Below, in pieces: positions 23,966-36,359 of a stretch of DNA of 64,000 nucleotides. The notes under the pieces were generated by a model that did no database searches, was not told where the DNA came from, and worked only from the letters and a program-made list of their open reading frames with translations. The position numbers were made by a program, and so were the translations under genes. Origin of the DNA: Penicillus capitatus (lineage: Eukaryota; Plantae; Chlorophyta); contig OZ287703.1 of NCBI GenBank assembly GCA_965649825.1, positions 801,722 through 865,721 on the forward strand, read 5' to 3'. The first letter of the stretch is position 1, and each line of letters starts with the position of its first letter.

Positions 23966-25874
23966 TTAAAACGCGTCGTCGACGTCTTTCCCACAAAACA
24001 GTCGGGAGGACTCCTTCACCGGCCGCGCAGAGACGGCGACGTCACGTCGCTTCAGATTCTCCCGAATCAACGAGGCGTAAGACGAGGCGATGGCGCGGTC
24101 CAGTCTTTCCTCGGCGCTCCTCGCCCGCACGGACAGATCTCGCAGGAGAATCTGCGCGTGAGCAGCCACCTGAGATTCTCACTCTTGACGCCAGTGCGTC
24201 GATGGGACGTTTGTTGACGCACCTGATGACACCAATGATTCCCGAGAGCTTCGGTTTCCCACAGAGAGCTCTCTACCGCTCGACTGAGACTCGGATCCGT
24301 GGCGTCTGGGTCGCAGATATCGTAACGACGCCATTCTGTGAGCGAGGCCCGAATGGACGGACGCGATGAGCGGTCAAGCAGGACGTTGCACGAGGGATGG
24401 CGTCGCACGAGGTTGTGCATGAAAGTGATGCACACGAGCGCGCCGGACGGCGACATCCTCAGCGCCAATCGCCCGAATCTCTTCACGAACGCCGCCACCG
24501 TGTACGCAGGCACCAAATCTGCACAGACAGCTTCCAGCGATGCCAAGACTCAGCACAGGTGACGGACCGGATTTCAGGAAAGTGTCCAGCAGACGGAAGA
24601 ATCTCGCACGGTCTTGGCGGTGGAAAACGTCCTCGGTGAGCAAGGTGTAGATGCGTCGATAGAATTCCGGATACTCCAGGTTGTGCTCCGTCATCAGGAT
24701 GAAGATCCCGTGCAGGGCAAGCAGTCCACAGGGCCCTCCGAGGTCGAGACGTCGCGTCAAGAGATCGCTGAGCGTCAACGGCGACGACAGATGCGGCATG
24801 ATCTCGAACGGAAGCTTTGCCATGACATCCTCCAGCAATGCCTCTGGCAAATCGAGAGCCAGAAAGCGATTCCACGCTAAACTGCAGACAAAAGCTCAGT
24901 GTGCAGCGACAGTCAGTGGCAGTGGTGGTGATGCTCGACCTGAATTGCTTCTGCTGTTCTTTTGGATCGACCCAGCAATAGCCTCGCGTTCCGGCGACCT
25001 GCAGCGCTCTCTTTCGCTTTCGGTGACACGGATATCCCGTTGCCGCGGCGACGGCGATTCCTGCCTTGACAGATGGGTGTTGGCCGTCTCGTTTCTAAAG
25101 GGATACCTGCCTGCTTCGGACGCAGCGATCCACGATCTGAGTGTCCCATCGTCCATGCGACAATCGTCTAGCGTCTTGGGCAGTAGATCAAGGCACACTA
25201 GACATGCAGTATCCTCCACGTCGCGTCATACAAAGATATATCTACTCTTTATGTTCTCGGCGATCGGGAGCTGCCCTTCGGCCGTCTCAGCACAGATCTT
25301 GGCCACGGCTTTGTGGGTGTAGTACCGAACGTCTGCATAGCGACTGTACTTCGAGCACAGTACCTCCAACGCCTGCAAACGCCACAGGAATCATAACTGT
25401 CGTGCCCTGCATTGCGGACTTGGGACGCCGATGCAGACGCGAGAAGAATCCGCAATGCCGAGTAGAACACGTCGTTGTTGAACTCGCCAAGTCGATCGGT
25501 TGACACCTGTCGCATGATCGCCTCGAACAGCGTCACCTGGATATCCATCCAGCTCGCCGCCCCCGACATCCCATGCCAATCATTACCTGCGTCGCCGTTT
25601 CAGCAGCAATATTCAAACCATCCTCGAGTTTCTGTCGAAAGATCTTTCGATTGTCGCGGAGCCATCGCGCATACAGCGCTTCGGGGCCCGTGCCATCGAC
25701 GGAGAGGGCATGCGGGTCAGCGCATTCGGAGGCGAAGAACTTTTCCAGATGCACCACTGCGTTACGGAGCTCTTTTTCGCGCATCTCGTCCATTCCGCTC
25801 AGCAGCAGCCCGACATTGTTCGCGTTGCCGATCGGATCCGCTTCGAGTTCGGCACAGAGCTGAGCGACATCCAT
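23966..25874 (-). CDS. NOC4: Nucleolar complex protein 4 (CBF/Mak21 domain), multi-exon
   Basis: PLTLSDLLT..GGPCGLLALHGIFILMTEHNLEYPEFYRRIYTLL, RARFFRLLDTFLKS, VAAFVKRFGRLAL, NLVRRHPSC and ESSLWE. Confidence 0.92.
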
Positions 25875-25926
25875 CCTCTTTGCCGGAGTACCGTATCTGT
25901 CGTATTTCGACCTCGATCGACGACAC

Positions 25927-27426
25927 ATGGACGGCGTCGTCGGACCACTACCTTCGGATGCCAAGTACTTTAGCACAGTCTGTCGCCAAATCTCGCGAGA
26001 CGACAAAAAAACGTGGAACCGTCTGTTGTCGATCTACCATGACGCCCTCTTCGTCCAATCCCTGCAGCAGCGCTTTGCCTATCCCTTTGCTGCGAATCTG
26101 AGGTTCGCCTCGCAGTCATGCAATCGAATAACGCTGGTCTGTGGCTGTCAGATGCGGAGCTTGGTATGTGCGGGATGCTCAGGAAACCTGCTACTTCAAA
26201 TCGACGGATGGTCATCACGGTCATTGGGCATTCAGTGTGACGCGCCTCAATTTTCATCTCTTGGACATCCTGTCCTCCCACGGCGGTCTCGCCATCGTCG
26301 ATGCCACACGCAAGGGAAAGAGATTTCCAGTAGCAGCACTCGACTTGATGACGCGTCATCTCAGAAGAATGTGGTGTCGTGGACAGGATGCCTTGACGAA
26401 GACGATTCCGATATGGATTGCCGTGCTGAACCGCGTGCTCTTCCCTCGACACGAAGAGATTCATTGGTATCCAGAGCTGTCGATCTCGGAGACGGATCAG
26501 TTGGAAAGACGGCTGGAGGAATGGGCATCTGCGTTTCGATCGCTGAATCTTGACGTCGCCTCGCTGCGAGAGAGGGTGAAGAGACCCATGCGTCCATACT
26601 GGACGGCGCCTAACGGCTTTCTCTCGCTTGCTAAATGTCAGCAAGACGACTGCCACCCCATCTTACTCGTTTCGGCATCATCCAATGTCCACGGCAGCGG
26701 TCCATGGAAACGGGATTCGAGAATCGCGGCGTCCTTTGAATACCTCCCTGGTGCGAAATGTTTGTGAATGGAGCGATCGCAGACAGTCTCTGTACTGCAG
26801 GCGCGGCGGACGATGAAGAGAGTTGGTCGCAGGGTTTGACGGCGTCGCTCTTTTGGCAGAACGCCGAGGTCCAAGTCACTGTCTCGTCATTGCTAATACT
26901 TGACAGCTTGATATTTCAGGCCTTGCTTCATTCTGGACCATCGCGGCTAGAGGAAGAAATACGAACAATTCTTGAAGCGCAGCAAAACTTACGTGGGCAT
27001 CCAAGAAACGGTTGTTGCCTTGGGTACGTGGTCGATAGAGAGGGTCATGTGTCCATGGCAGGCCAAAGCCAAATCGCTGCCTTCTCTGGTACTCGCGTCT
27101 ACTGCGGCACGACACCTCCATGGCAATCGTGGCGAGAGGGATGACGCCCGATTGAAGTGATTGCGTGTAGGGAGAGAACAGAGGGCTCCTCTTTTCTATG
27201 GACTCCCATCGAGGATCGCAAGAACGACAAGACGGCATTGTCCCAGGCCCTTTCGCAGATTCTGCCCTTCGTCTCCAGAAGCTTCCAAGACGACAACGTC
27301 TTGCTGATCTACGACAGCGAATGTGTGACCACTGTCCTCGCAGTTCGTGTTTTGCATCTGGATGTTCAGGGAGAGACATTTGCGTCTGTCTGGTCGCCGC
27401 TGTGCTGCTCTCTTCTATCCCGTTGA
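25927..27426 (+). CDS. RIT1: Initiator tRNA A64 2'-O-ribosylphosphate transferase, multi-exon
   Basis: NRLLSI..DA.FV, PFAANLRCGAWY, CYFKSTDGHHGHWAFS.TRLN, IVDATRKGKRFPDALTKTIPIWIAVLNR and EYLPGA.DDEESWSQGLT. Confidence 0.93.
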
Positions 27427-27564
27427 ACGTGGACATGAGGGGAGATGCTGGAGGGCATCAGCAACAGACGCCAGTTACAAAGATGGACGTTAAGAGAGTG
27501 ATGGTACGGGTAACAGGCGTCGGCTCCTGTCCCAATCCTTCCAGAGGTCACGTCAAACAGATTT

Positions 27565-29019
27565 TCAATCACTTTCACCGCCTTCGTATGCACTGTCCAG
27601 TGTCTGCAGCATCGCTGTCTCCAAGGCAGATATCCATTTCTCAGGCCGTTGCCATTTTTTCAAGAATCGACGATACTCGGCCATCGATTTGCCCAACGAT
27701 TTGACAAAAGAGACATCTGAGGAGCCAACAATCTCAAGCAGAGAACGTTTCGTGTGGGGAGAGGCTCTTCTCTTGACGAAACCGAATCTGCGCATGAGTA
27801 GGTCCAGTTTCCTTGTAAGACACACAGGATGCGCGGCAATGTCCGAAAGCGGAACATTCATGACGGACTTCAGAAACAGAAAACGTGGAAGTATCGTCTT
27901 CGCCATGTCCTCGATCAGAAATCCTGGATGCTGCTGCACAAACGAACACATGTGATTCGATTCCATTCCGACGTGATCGGCGAGAAAAGCGACTCTCTCT
28001 TCGACTCTTCCACAGTCCAGAGACAAGAGACGGGGATAACGCAAGGCCATCTCGGTCGAGACACTCTGCAAGACACCAATCGACTAGCACAATCTGCCAC
28101 GATGCTCTTCGGGTGGGACCTTTCTCAGCTGAAGATGCGCCCTCATGGAGTAAAAGAATGACTGGACGTGGATGCGTTTCTTGAGCAGGATGCGCGGATT
28201 TCGGAAGAATATCGCCGCGATCTGCTCTGTCTGGAGTCCCATGCGGTAGAGATACTCGTAGATGTGCGGCAGTTCGCCGTGGTAAACAGGATTGAGCAAC
28301 TGAGGCACACGTGTGACCATATCGCCGAAATCTGTCGCCTTGATCCCCAACGTCGCCGCCAGCCACAACATCAACGACTATGACACAAGATCTGTCGATC
28401 AGATCGCGTGGAAATCGAACCGTACAGCCAGCTCTTCCACATTTTCGCAGTACTCCAGCATTGTCGCGTCCTCTCGAATCAGTTGTTGGATCTCGAGCCG
28501 TTGGAGGCCGGCCGCTTCGAGGAGCTGCAGAAAATGGCCCAGGACTTCGGCATGATGGAAGAGGAGATTCGGATTGCAGGTGAGCAGGGCGCCGATCTCG
28601 TGTCGTTTGAATTTGAGCTCGACAAGAAACCAATGCATCTTGCTCTCCAATAGATTAATGTCCGTCCACAGGATGTTGGGGAGACGACGCAGAACACATC
28701 CTATATCGTTACCGTCGTGCAATCCGATGGTGCTCCACCACAAGACGACACGTTCGAACTCTCCGAAATCGGATGTGGGAAAAGCGTAGTAGTGCTTTGT
28801 GGCCACAACGGTCTCAATGGCGTCTTGGGGCACTCCCTTGGCATCGAGAAAACGTCGAAGGATACTCTTCATGATGTCGTGACGCAGAAAGATCTTCGGT
28901 ATGTAATGCCGACGACTCGAGAAAACGGCGGGGATGGTGGAAGGAAACGCCGCCACTCCGGATGCCGGTGTGATCCATTCTGGCGTTAGACGTCGGAAGG
29001 CAGACAACAGAAGACGCAT
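27565..29019 (-). CDS. mTERF-family organellar protein, multi-exon
   Basis: N-terminal transit-like peptide and repeated R.P.LL mTERF units (LRRLPNILWTDIN, LTCNPNLL, LRYPRLLSLD...V..RVAFL). Confidence 0.85.
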
Positions 29020-29419
29020 GCCGAAAGGCGGACGCGGTGAAAGGTCACGTCCGTCGTGTCATTCTAGAAGACCATGAAACTTTGCGATATTAATTTACAC
29101 ATGTGGTTCTTTACGCAATTTATATCTTTTTGCTACGCTTACGGATGTTCTGCTAATGTTGTTCTGTGTTCTGGGATTGGTTGAATATACATCCCGATAT
29201 AAAACAAACATTCGTTAAACACGGTACATGACGTCTACAAGGATGGAAAGATCATGTGCCTCGAGCGTCATTGTCTATGAATCGACATCTTCCATAAATT
29301 CATCGGAGATGCTGCTGACAAGCTCAAAGTTAATTTTTGGATCTACTTCCAAACAAATCCTTTATTTAACGGTTTGGATACTGAAAAGATGTACTGTCAG
29401 AGATACGGATGTCACGTCG

Positions 29420-29750
29420 CTTTCCACAGCCATTGAAGACGGTTGAGTCGTTGTGCAACCACCCTGGCGCGCTGGCCATCGGTCGCGACTGGCGTTCGAC
29501 TCCGACCTGACTGTTCAATAACCTTCCGTTGATGGACACGGACCGAGGCCTGAAGTTCGCAGCTGTTAGCGCGTAAGGTTAGGAAATCCCTAATCACCCT
29601 GAATATTTAATGTGGACAAGAAACCTGTAATTACCTCGTGTTCGTGGTGTTATCATCGAGTGCGTCGTTTGCGTCGTCGTTTGCGCGTCTCTCGACTCCA
29701 ACTTTCTCTAAGTGTTCACACCGATCCCGACACGTACATTTGAGAAATGG
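29420..29750 (+). repeat. Unclassified repeat (family X); paralogous to 36120-36359 plus 37362-37440
   Basis: Shared aaccaccctggcgcgctg and cgtttgcgtcgtcgtt..tcgactc blocks. Homology runs across the TRIM insertion site. Confidence 0.6.
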
Positions 29751-30339
29751 ACGGATGCTTGTGCCCTCGAAGCAGAATCCAAACAACAGTATCGCTACTT
29801 CTCTCGTCATCCATTCTCCAGGGAGGTCTTCTGAAATGACATGCCAATCGAGTTACATTTTTCTGGAACTGCGCTCACAAGGAAATTGTCCGAAGACTGC
29901 TGCACTGGTCGATAGACAATCTGTACGCACGAACTATTGACAGTTCATGTCGATCGTGAGGTGCAGTAGCAAGCATTCTCTGTCTAGCACTTTATCTTTC
30001 TCCATCTGTCAAGTCGTAGATATCCATTTCAAGCAAGACGGATCTGTGCTTTTTGGCTACACTCAGCGACAGTTCCGCCATCGATGGTGTGTGATCACCT
30101 ATGCTTAAATTTGGCATTCGACGATCATGTAGTGATGGAAGACGAATTTCTAGATTTACCTACTGTTTGTTGGGTTGAGATATCTCCCAACGACACTCGA
30201 TCCCGAAATAGGTTGCAGCATGGTATTGCTGGAGCTTAGGTCACAAATGGTTTGGACGTGTTTTCGTTTTTCATTTCTAAAAAGCGACGCCGCTCAGTCA
30301 CTTTTCGCAGGCGTCGGTCTCGCTAAACGTTTCTAACAG

Positions 30340-31230
30340 TTGATTTGTTCTCTGGTGGGACTACGAGACGGACTACGCACACTCAGGAAGCTGTCAGCTC
30401 AGTCTCCTCAGAACCGAAGACAAAGCCTTGGTCTGATTCTGGACTCGGGCCGGATCCAATCGGTTGCTCTCAGATGGACCAATGTCTCGGAGATTAGTAT
30501 CCAGATTCAACAAGAGCTTCTCGACTGGTCTCTTGAAGGCCACTCGCTCTTTTGGACGACCCAGAAATGGCAACCCGGACTCTCCCTCGCATTGGCAGAA
30601 TGGCGCCGAGCAACCTCAATCACAGAGGAGAGTACCCATGGACCGAAAGGGATACCCCCGGACAGATCATGGATAAAACACCGAATCTCGCACTATCTGA
30701 ATGGTGAGGCGGAGAAGACATCAGACAGAGACAGACCAGCTTTCACCTGACCGCCTATCTGACTAACTTCCGGCGTGGACACTTCCCTGGGAAATACCTT
30801 GAGAGACCCCAGGCTTCACGACTATCGCAATTCGCAGCCAACCACTTCCCCTCGAACCAGTACCTTTTCAGATTCGGAGCTCTAGCCGAATCTCCGGCTT
30901 ACTCATGTGGGGCTGCTCAAGAAGATAGAGACCATCTTTTACTGGAATGCCCATCGCTCCAAGAAGACCGGAGGAAGCTCCAGCGACAGATAACCGGAAC
31001 TCTCTCAACCGCATGCATCTTCCAGTACCCAAAAGGGATGTCGGAGTTTGTAGAAGGCATTAGTGACAAATGGCGCCACGCAAGAAGAAGATGGAGTAAC
31101 ACCCAGACCAGTCTGTTATGTGGCCTACAATTCAATGGTGACACTCTCTGATTCATAGATACATTTCCCATTGTTTGGACGCTCTCTCGATCTTATTAAA
31201 AGAGAGATGTAAAGCCCCCTAACCAAAAAA
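30340..31230 (+). mobile_element. 5'-truncated LINE 3' end (RNase H-like region and CCHC knuckle)
   Basis: SRLSQFAANHFP..YLFRFG..YSCGAAQEDRDHLLLECP parallels 35281-35838. Ends with a stem-loop, tgtaa and an A-rich tail. Confidence 0.8.
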
Positions 31231-31253
31231 ATGTGATAGTCTCGCCTTCAGGT

Positions 31254-32270
31254 TTACCAATGGTGGGAAAATTCGTCACATCCAGAGCACAGGATGTTTC
31301 TGTCTTTCATAGCTCTATCCTCTGGGATCGTCAGTGGACATTCTCTCGCTTGGTGACCCTTTTCTCTGCACTTATAACATCGACGCTGTGTAAGTTTGCG
31401 ATTAGTCTCATTAACAAACTTTTCTGATTGCTTATTTCTTCTTCTTCTTCTTCTTCTTCGAGGAACCCGTTTAATGTCATGAAGAAGCCGTTTTAACTGC
31501 ATCCATTTCTTCTTGTTCTGGCTAGATAGGTCCATCGACTTCCTCTCTGTGGCATTGTCTTTCTGAAGTATCTCTAGCTTCAACAATGCGACTTCAGCCT
31601 GTAATGACTGTAGACTAGTTGCGATCTCCGAAATGCAAACATACTTTTTCCGTGTCTTTTCGTACACAGCATTAACAGATCCCAGCTCCTCAGTCATGGC
31701 TGCAATTTGCAGCGACAGATGTTCGTTTTCATGTATTCTGTTTTGCATCTCCACATCTTCGTGATTCACTGATGCTTGTGCTGCTTCAACGTTTTCTGTA
31801 AGCTTATCGACTGTTCTTTTCATATCGCGTATGGTGTCTTGGATTTCATCGAGGGCAGACACCGGCAACAAAGAAAACTGGATATCACAATTATCAATGT
31901 GTTGTAGAACACAGCCATAAAGCTGTGAGCCGACCACTTCAGCGACTTCGTATCTCAAAATTGGAACGCGTGTTGTTGTGGCGGGCCGGGCCACTCGAAC
32001 GATCAATGCAGCGGAAGTCTTTTACAGGCTCGGAGCAGAAGCATTTCAAAGTTCAGAGTCGCACATGTATACTCGAAAATGGATGTGACTCACCGAGGCA
32101 GGCGAGTCACCACGGTTGCAGAGCCGGAGAGAAGGACCCCTTTCGCAGAACAGAGCCCTCGTAACATGACAACAAACGCCCTTTCCCACAGATGACCTAT
32201 TGTAAACAAGGCAATCACATCGCCATGGAAAATCTTAGCGAAAGGTCGTTCGCTCCCCGTAGCGGTTGAC
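31254..32270 (-). mobile_element. Gag-like ORF (coiled coil plus CCHC zinc knuckle), degenerate at the 5' end
   Basis: RRCYKCREKGHQARECP knuckle after a long coiled coil; homologue of 10300-10603. Confidence 0.65.
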
Positions 32271-32846
32271 ACGAGGACGTGATGTCAACCGCTGGGGGAA
32301 TCCTCACTGATGGGCCTTAACGGTTTTGGCCCCGCGGACCGGAAACGCCGCTGGCTTCCGATGTGCCGGTGGTCCGGGCGCTGAGGGGTATAAAGCCGAC
32401 GTGTACGCTCACCCTGTATGTAGTCTTTGCTTTAACTCAGGTTCTTTCCCTCCGTTTTCACCACTGTGCGCGCGACCGCGCCGTACGAGTCTCCAACGAT
32501 TCCTGTCAGATATCCAATGCTTTTTTTGAACTTTTTCTGTTGTGTTCTCTTCTCGCATTTCTTAAATACGGAGATCGACGTGTTTCTAAGATTTTGTTAG
32601 TTGAACTAGTATAGCTTACCCTTTTCACCCTTCTCCACAAAAGATAGATATTGTATATTGTTTTTTCTTTGTTTTTTTGAAATGAATCCTTAGACCGATG
32701 TTTCTTCATTTTTACTAGTACTCATGTTTTTTCTACTCCGAAATAGCTGCTGTGAAGCTCACGGAGAACTTATCACCTCTGTTAGTTTAGTCAAAATCCT
32801 GTTTGTACGTATTCTACGAAATACAAATGTCTAAAGATAACGCCTT

Positions 32847-35800
32847 ATGCAGGACGACGGCGAGGGGCTCATCCCACCCGTCTCGACTGCCGAGGCTCGC
32901 GAGGCTCTCCTGGGAGGCAGACCATACGCCGCGCCCGGACCGATGGACTACCGAAAGCAGCCATCTCCCGAGTCTTCCGACACGCCCCAGAGACGTTCGC
33001 ACAACTGGCCTCGACCAGCCTCCGCCTCGGCACCCTCCCAACCACTTGGCAACGGGCTACGGTCGTCTGCATTCCAAAGAAACCGAACCCGAGGAACACA
33101 CTCGCCTGTCTCCGGCCTATAAGCCTCATCGGGTCGCTCGCGAAGTGCGTACATCAGGTTGTCAATCAACGCCTGGCACAACACATAGAAGTCCGGCAAT
33201 GCCTCTCTCCTGTGACGGTGCTGTCGGCAAGATGGCGATCATGTCGATGTGACTGTCTTGTGTAGGAGGGGGCACCTTGCTTTTGGAAACTCGGGGTCTT
33301 GTCAGTTGGGGTTTTGGGCCGGGAAAAGGCCTTTTTCTCTGGTCCTGGAGCGGTGCTGAGTCACCTGCCTAGGCATGTCACGTCACCACGGGGGTATTTG
33401 AATGGCCAATCCGCACCTGTTTTCACCTTGCTCCAACAGTTGTAACAAGTCTTCCGCTGCTTCATCGTTTCGTCTGACCCGATCGCCGACAGGTGCGCCC
33501 GCCATCGCCTCGGGTCTCCTGGCGACAAGACGCTGCCGTTGCGGCAACCGTCCCTGTGGCGATGCGCCAGCGGAGGATCACTGGAAAAACGCGTGACGAG
33601 AGACTCGCGTAATGACATGACGTGTCTAATCCGGGGTACTTAACGCGAGAACTGTCTGCTGTACTCGTCCACAGTTATGTAAATAACATTGCCGACGGAG
33701 TTCCCTGCGCGACTCGCCATCCGGTCCGGACTCGGCCGACAGGTCGACGTTCACATCTCCCAGACAATTCGGTTTTCGGGTTGGACGAGGAACGGAAGAA
33801 GCCTTGATCTCGGCCGCGACGTTCGTGGAGAAGAACCTCAGTCGTCATCAGGAAGTCTACGGCATCACGCTGGATGTCAAAGCCGCATTCGATTCTCTCC
33901 GCCCAGAGGCAGTCCTAGACACGCTAGCTGAATGGAGAGTACCGCGCTACCTAATCAATTGGGTGGCCAGCTTCTTCCAGAAACACGAAGCTGAGATCGA
34001 ACTAGAGGGAGGTCGGTTCTGCCACCGGCCAACCGCGGGCACGCCTCAAGGTAACCCCATATCTCCTCTTCTCTTCTGTATAGGAATCGACTCACTCCTG
34101 CGTTTGCCTCTTCTGCCGGATATCCATTTACAAGCATATGCGGACGACCTGTTGCTGATGGGGCCGACGATTCGGAGGATCGTATCCAGTACAAGCTCCA
34201 ACACGCGCTGGACCGGTTAGACACTGAAGCTCGCAGAAAAGGACTTGCCTTTGCACCCTCAAAGTGCTATCAGATCCGATTTACGGGCAAGACGCGACAC
34301 TCTCCCCAAGGCCCCTCTGCCTCAATGACCAGCAACTGCCTCAATAGAAGACCGTGTTGTATTTGGGCATCTGGTTCGATGACACTCTCTCATGGGCACC
34401 GCAAGTGCATTATGCAGCAAAGAAGGTTCGTGGCCGACTCGACCAGATCAGGTGCTTCACAGGACCATTCTGGGTATGCTGCCAGAAGCAGTAGAGAAAC
34501 TCGTGAGCCAAGCAGCCTAGCCGGCCGCCTATTATGGAGCTGTCGTATGGCAAAGTGTAGCCTACAGTGAACGGAAGCTGGCACCCTTGGAGAAAGCGAT
34601 CCGACAAGCATGCCTCCTTCTTGCAGGAGCGTTCCGCACGACCTCATATCCAGCAGCATATGCACTGTCAGGAGTCCGTCCACCGGCGCAACAGATTGTA
34701 CTCCGAAGCCTCTACCACGAGACGGGATGAAGACAGAAGGACGCATGCTCCGGATGGCCTACGGCACGCCAAGAGATGTCGGCTGGACAAAGTTACCGCC
34801 GCATCGCATGGGCACGATGGCAACGTTCACTGCCGGCAAGAACGCAAGGGATAAATGGCCTCCTTCTGCGGGACTGGAGCCCCATCCCACCGCACCAGAG
34901 ACAGCTCTTGGATGGAACGATGCAGACCCCGATAGAGGAGCGGCCCGACTGGCTGCTGACGGTAGCCCTAGGACGGAACCCAAACCAACACAGCTTCGGC
35001 ACATGCTGGACGCTCTCCACATCAGACATGAGAATCAGCGAATCCTGGTGGGATCCAGACTGGGCATCCGAAGGAAGCCGCGCTCGTAGAGGGACTCTGC
35101 ACCGGCCTGGACAGACTGCTTGAGCGAGCCGCCGAAGAATCGTGGCTAGAGGCCCAAACTTTGGGTATCATGACCGACACGACCCAGCACAAGAAGGTCG
35201 TGCCGCGCCTCTCGAATGTCAGTGAAAGGGCTACGCAGATCCAATGCCGCCTCATTGAGTAGGCAGAATCTGGACACGCGATGTTCTGGATCACCTCGGC
35301 ATGGAAACCAGGACTCAGCCCCTTCCTCGCCACCAAAAAAAGCGCGACAAGAGCGGCCACTGAGAAGGAAGGTCCCCCCTACGGGACAGCCCTGAGCCGA
35401 TCCTGGCAAAAACTTAAGATAGCAAGGCACCTCGACAGCGCTGCCCTCCAAGAGATAAAGAGCCGCGAGCAGAGCGCACACCTTACGCAGTATCTAGGAA
35501 GATTCCGAAGAGGCAGCTTCCTAGCGAAGTATCTAGGAAGAGACCAAGCCTCCCGAGTGAGCCAGTTCACTGCCAATCACTTCCCATCGATGCAGTATCT
35601 GCATCGATTCGGTAAGCTGGTTGCGGCCACGGGCTGTTCGTGTGGGGCCCCGCTTGAAGACCGCGATCATCTCCTCCTAGAATGCCCGCATCTGCAAGAA
35701 GCCCGACGATGTCTGAAAAAAGAAATGGACGGCCCTCTTTCGATCGCTTGTGCGTTCGCGCACCCTGAGGCCTTCTCAGACTTCGTGGAGGTGATTGCGA

Positions 35801-35990
35801 AGCAGTGGCAGGAAACAGGGAGAAGATGGGGACGATAAAAGCTCCCCGGCCTAGCGAGACTCGAAAGTCGTGAAGACGAATTTGAACTTAGAACCGCACC
35901 AACTGGTTGCCGATACTCAATGAGTCGCTTACATTGTATTATACGGATGCTCTCCTGATCTTTTTTAAAAGGAGATGTAAAAGCCAAAAG
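32847..35990 (+). mobile_element. 5'-truncated, decayed non-LTR retrotransposon (I/Tad1/R1-like group): RT, RNase H-like, CCHC
   Basis: APGPDGLP, WQRATVVCIPK..LRPISL, QFGFR, LDVKAAFD, GTPQGNPISPLLF, YADD and CSCG..EDRDHLLLECP. 14-bp TSD aaagataa(c/a)gcctt at 32833-32846 and 35991-36004. Confidence 0.92.
33211..33755 (+). mobile_element. Solo LTR-like element, family A (545 bp), inserted in the LINE RT
   Basis: TGTGA...TCACA ends and 5-bp TSD tctcc (33206-33210, 33756-33760). Removing it restores QCLSP-RQFGFR. Confidence 0.88.
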
Positions 35991-36359
35991 AAAGATAAAG
36001 CCTTCTGAGAATTTCACTGTAGATATGTGGGTATCTCTCTCCTGTTGAATGTTACTTATAGTTCTCGATGTCAACTTTTAGAGATTGGTACTCTTGGAGA
36101 TGTAGCATCTAATGTGTTGTTTGTAGCCGTCGGAAGCAGTTCGATTCTGGGTAACCACCCTGGCGCGCTGATCATCAAACGCGACGGGTGTTAGCCTCCG
36201 AGCCAACTTCCTCATAACAGTAGGGCGATGGATTCCGAACGCGCCTTGAAGTTCTCGACTGTTGAACGTTATAATTTGGAATCCATAACCACCGTGGGTA
36301 TTTAAGACCGACGTTCCCGTTGTAAACATTCTCAAGTTCCTGTGCTATCGTTCGAGCGT

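Larger units (their letters stand above)
21820..24435. repeat. 2.6-kb direct repeat, copy 2
   Basis: Matches 7405-10024 and continues into the intact NOC4 5' part. Confidence 0.97.

Noticed and set aside
32948-33199. Antisense endonuclease fragment implying a twin-primed LINE inversion
   Set aside because: The plus strand here encodes RT domains 1-2 with frameshifts; the real interruption is the solo LTR at 33211-33755.
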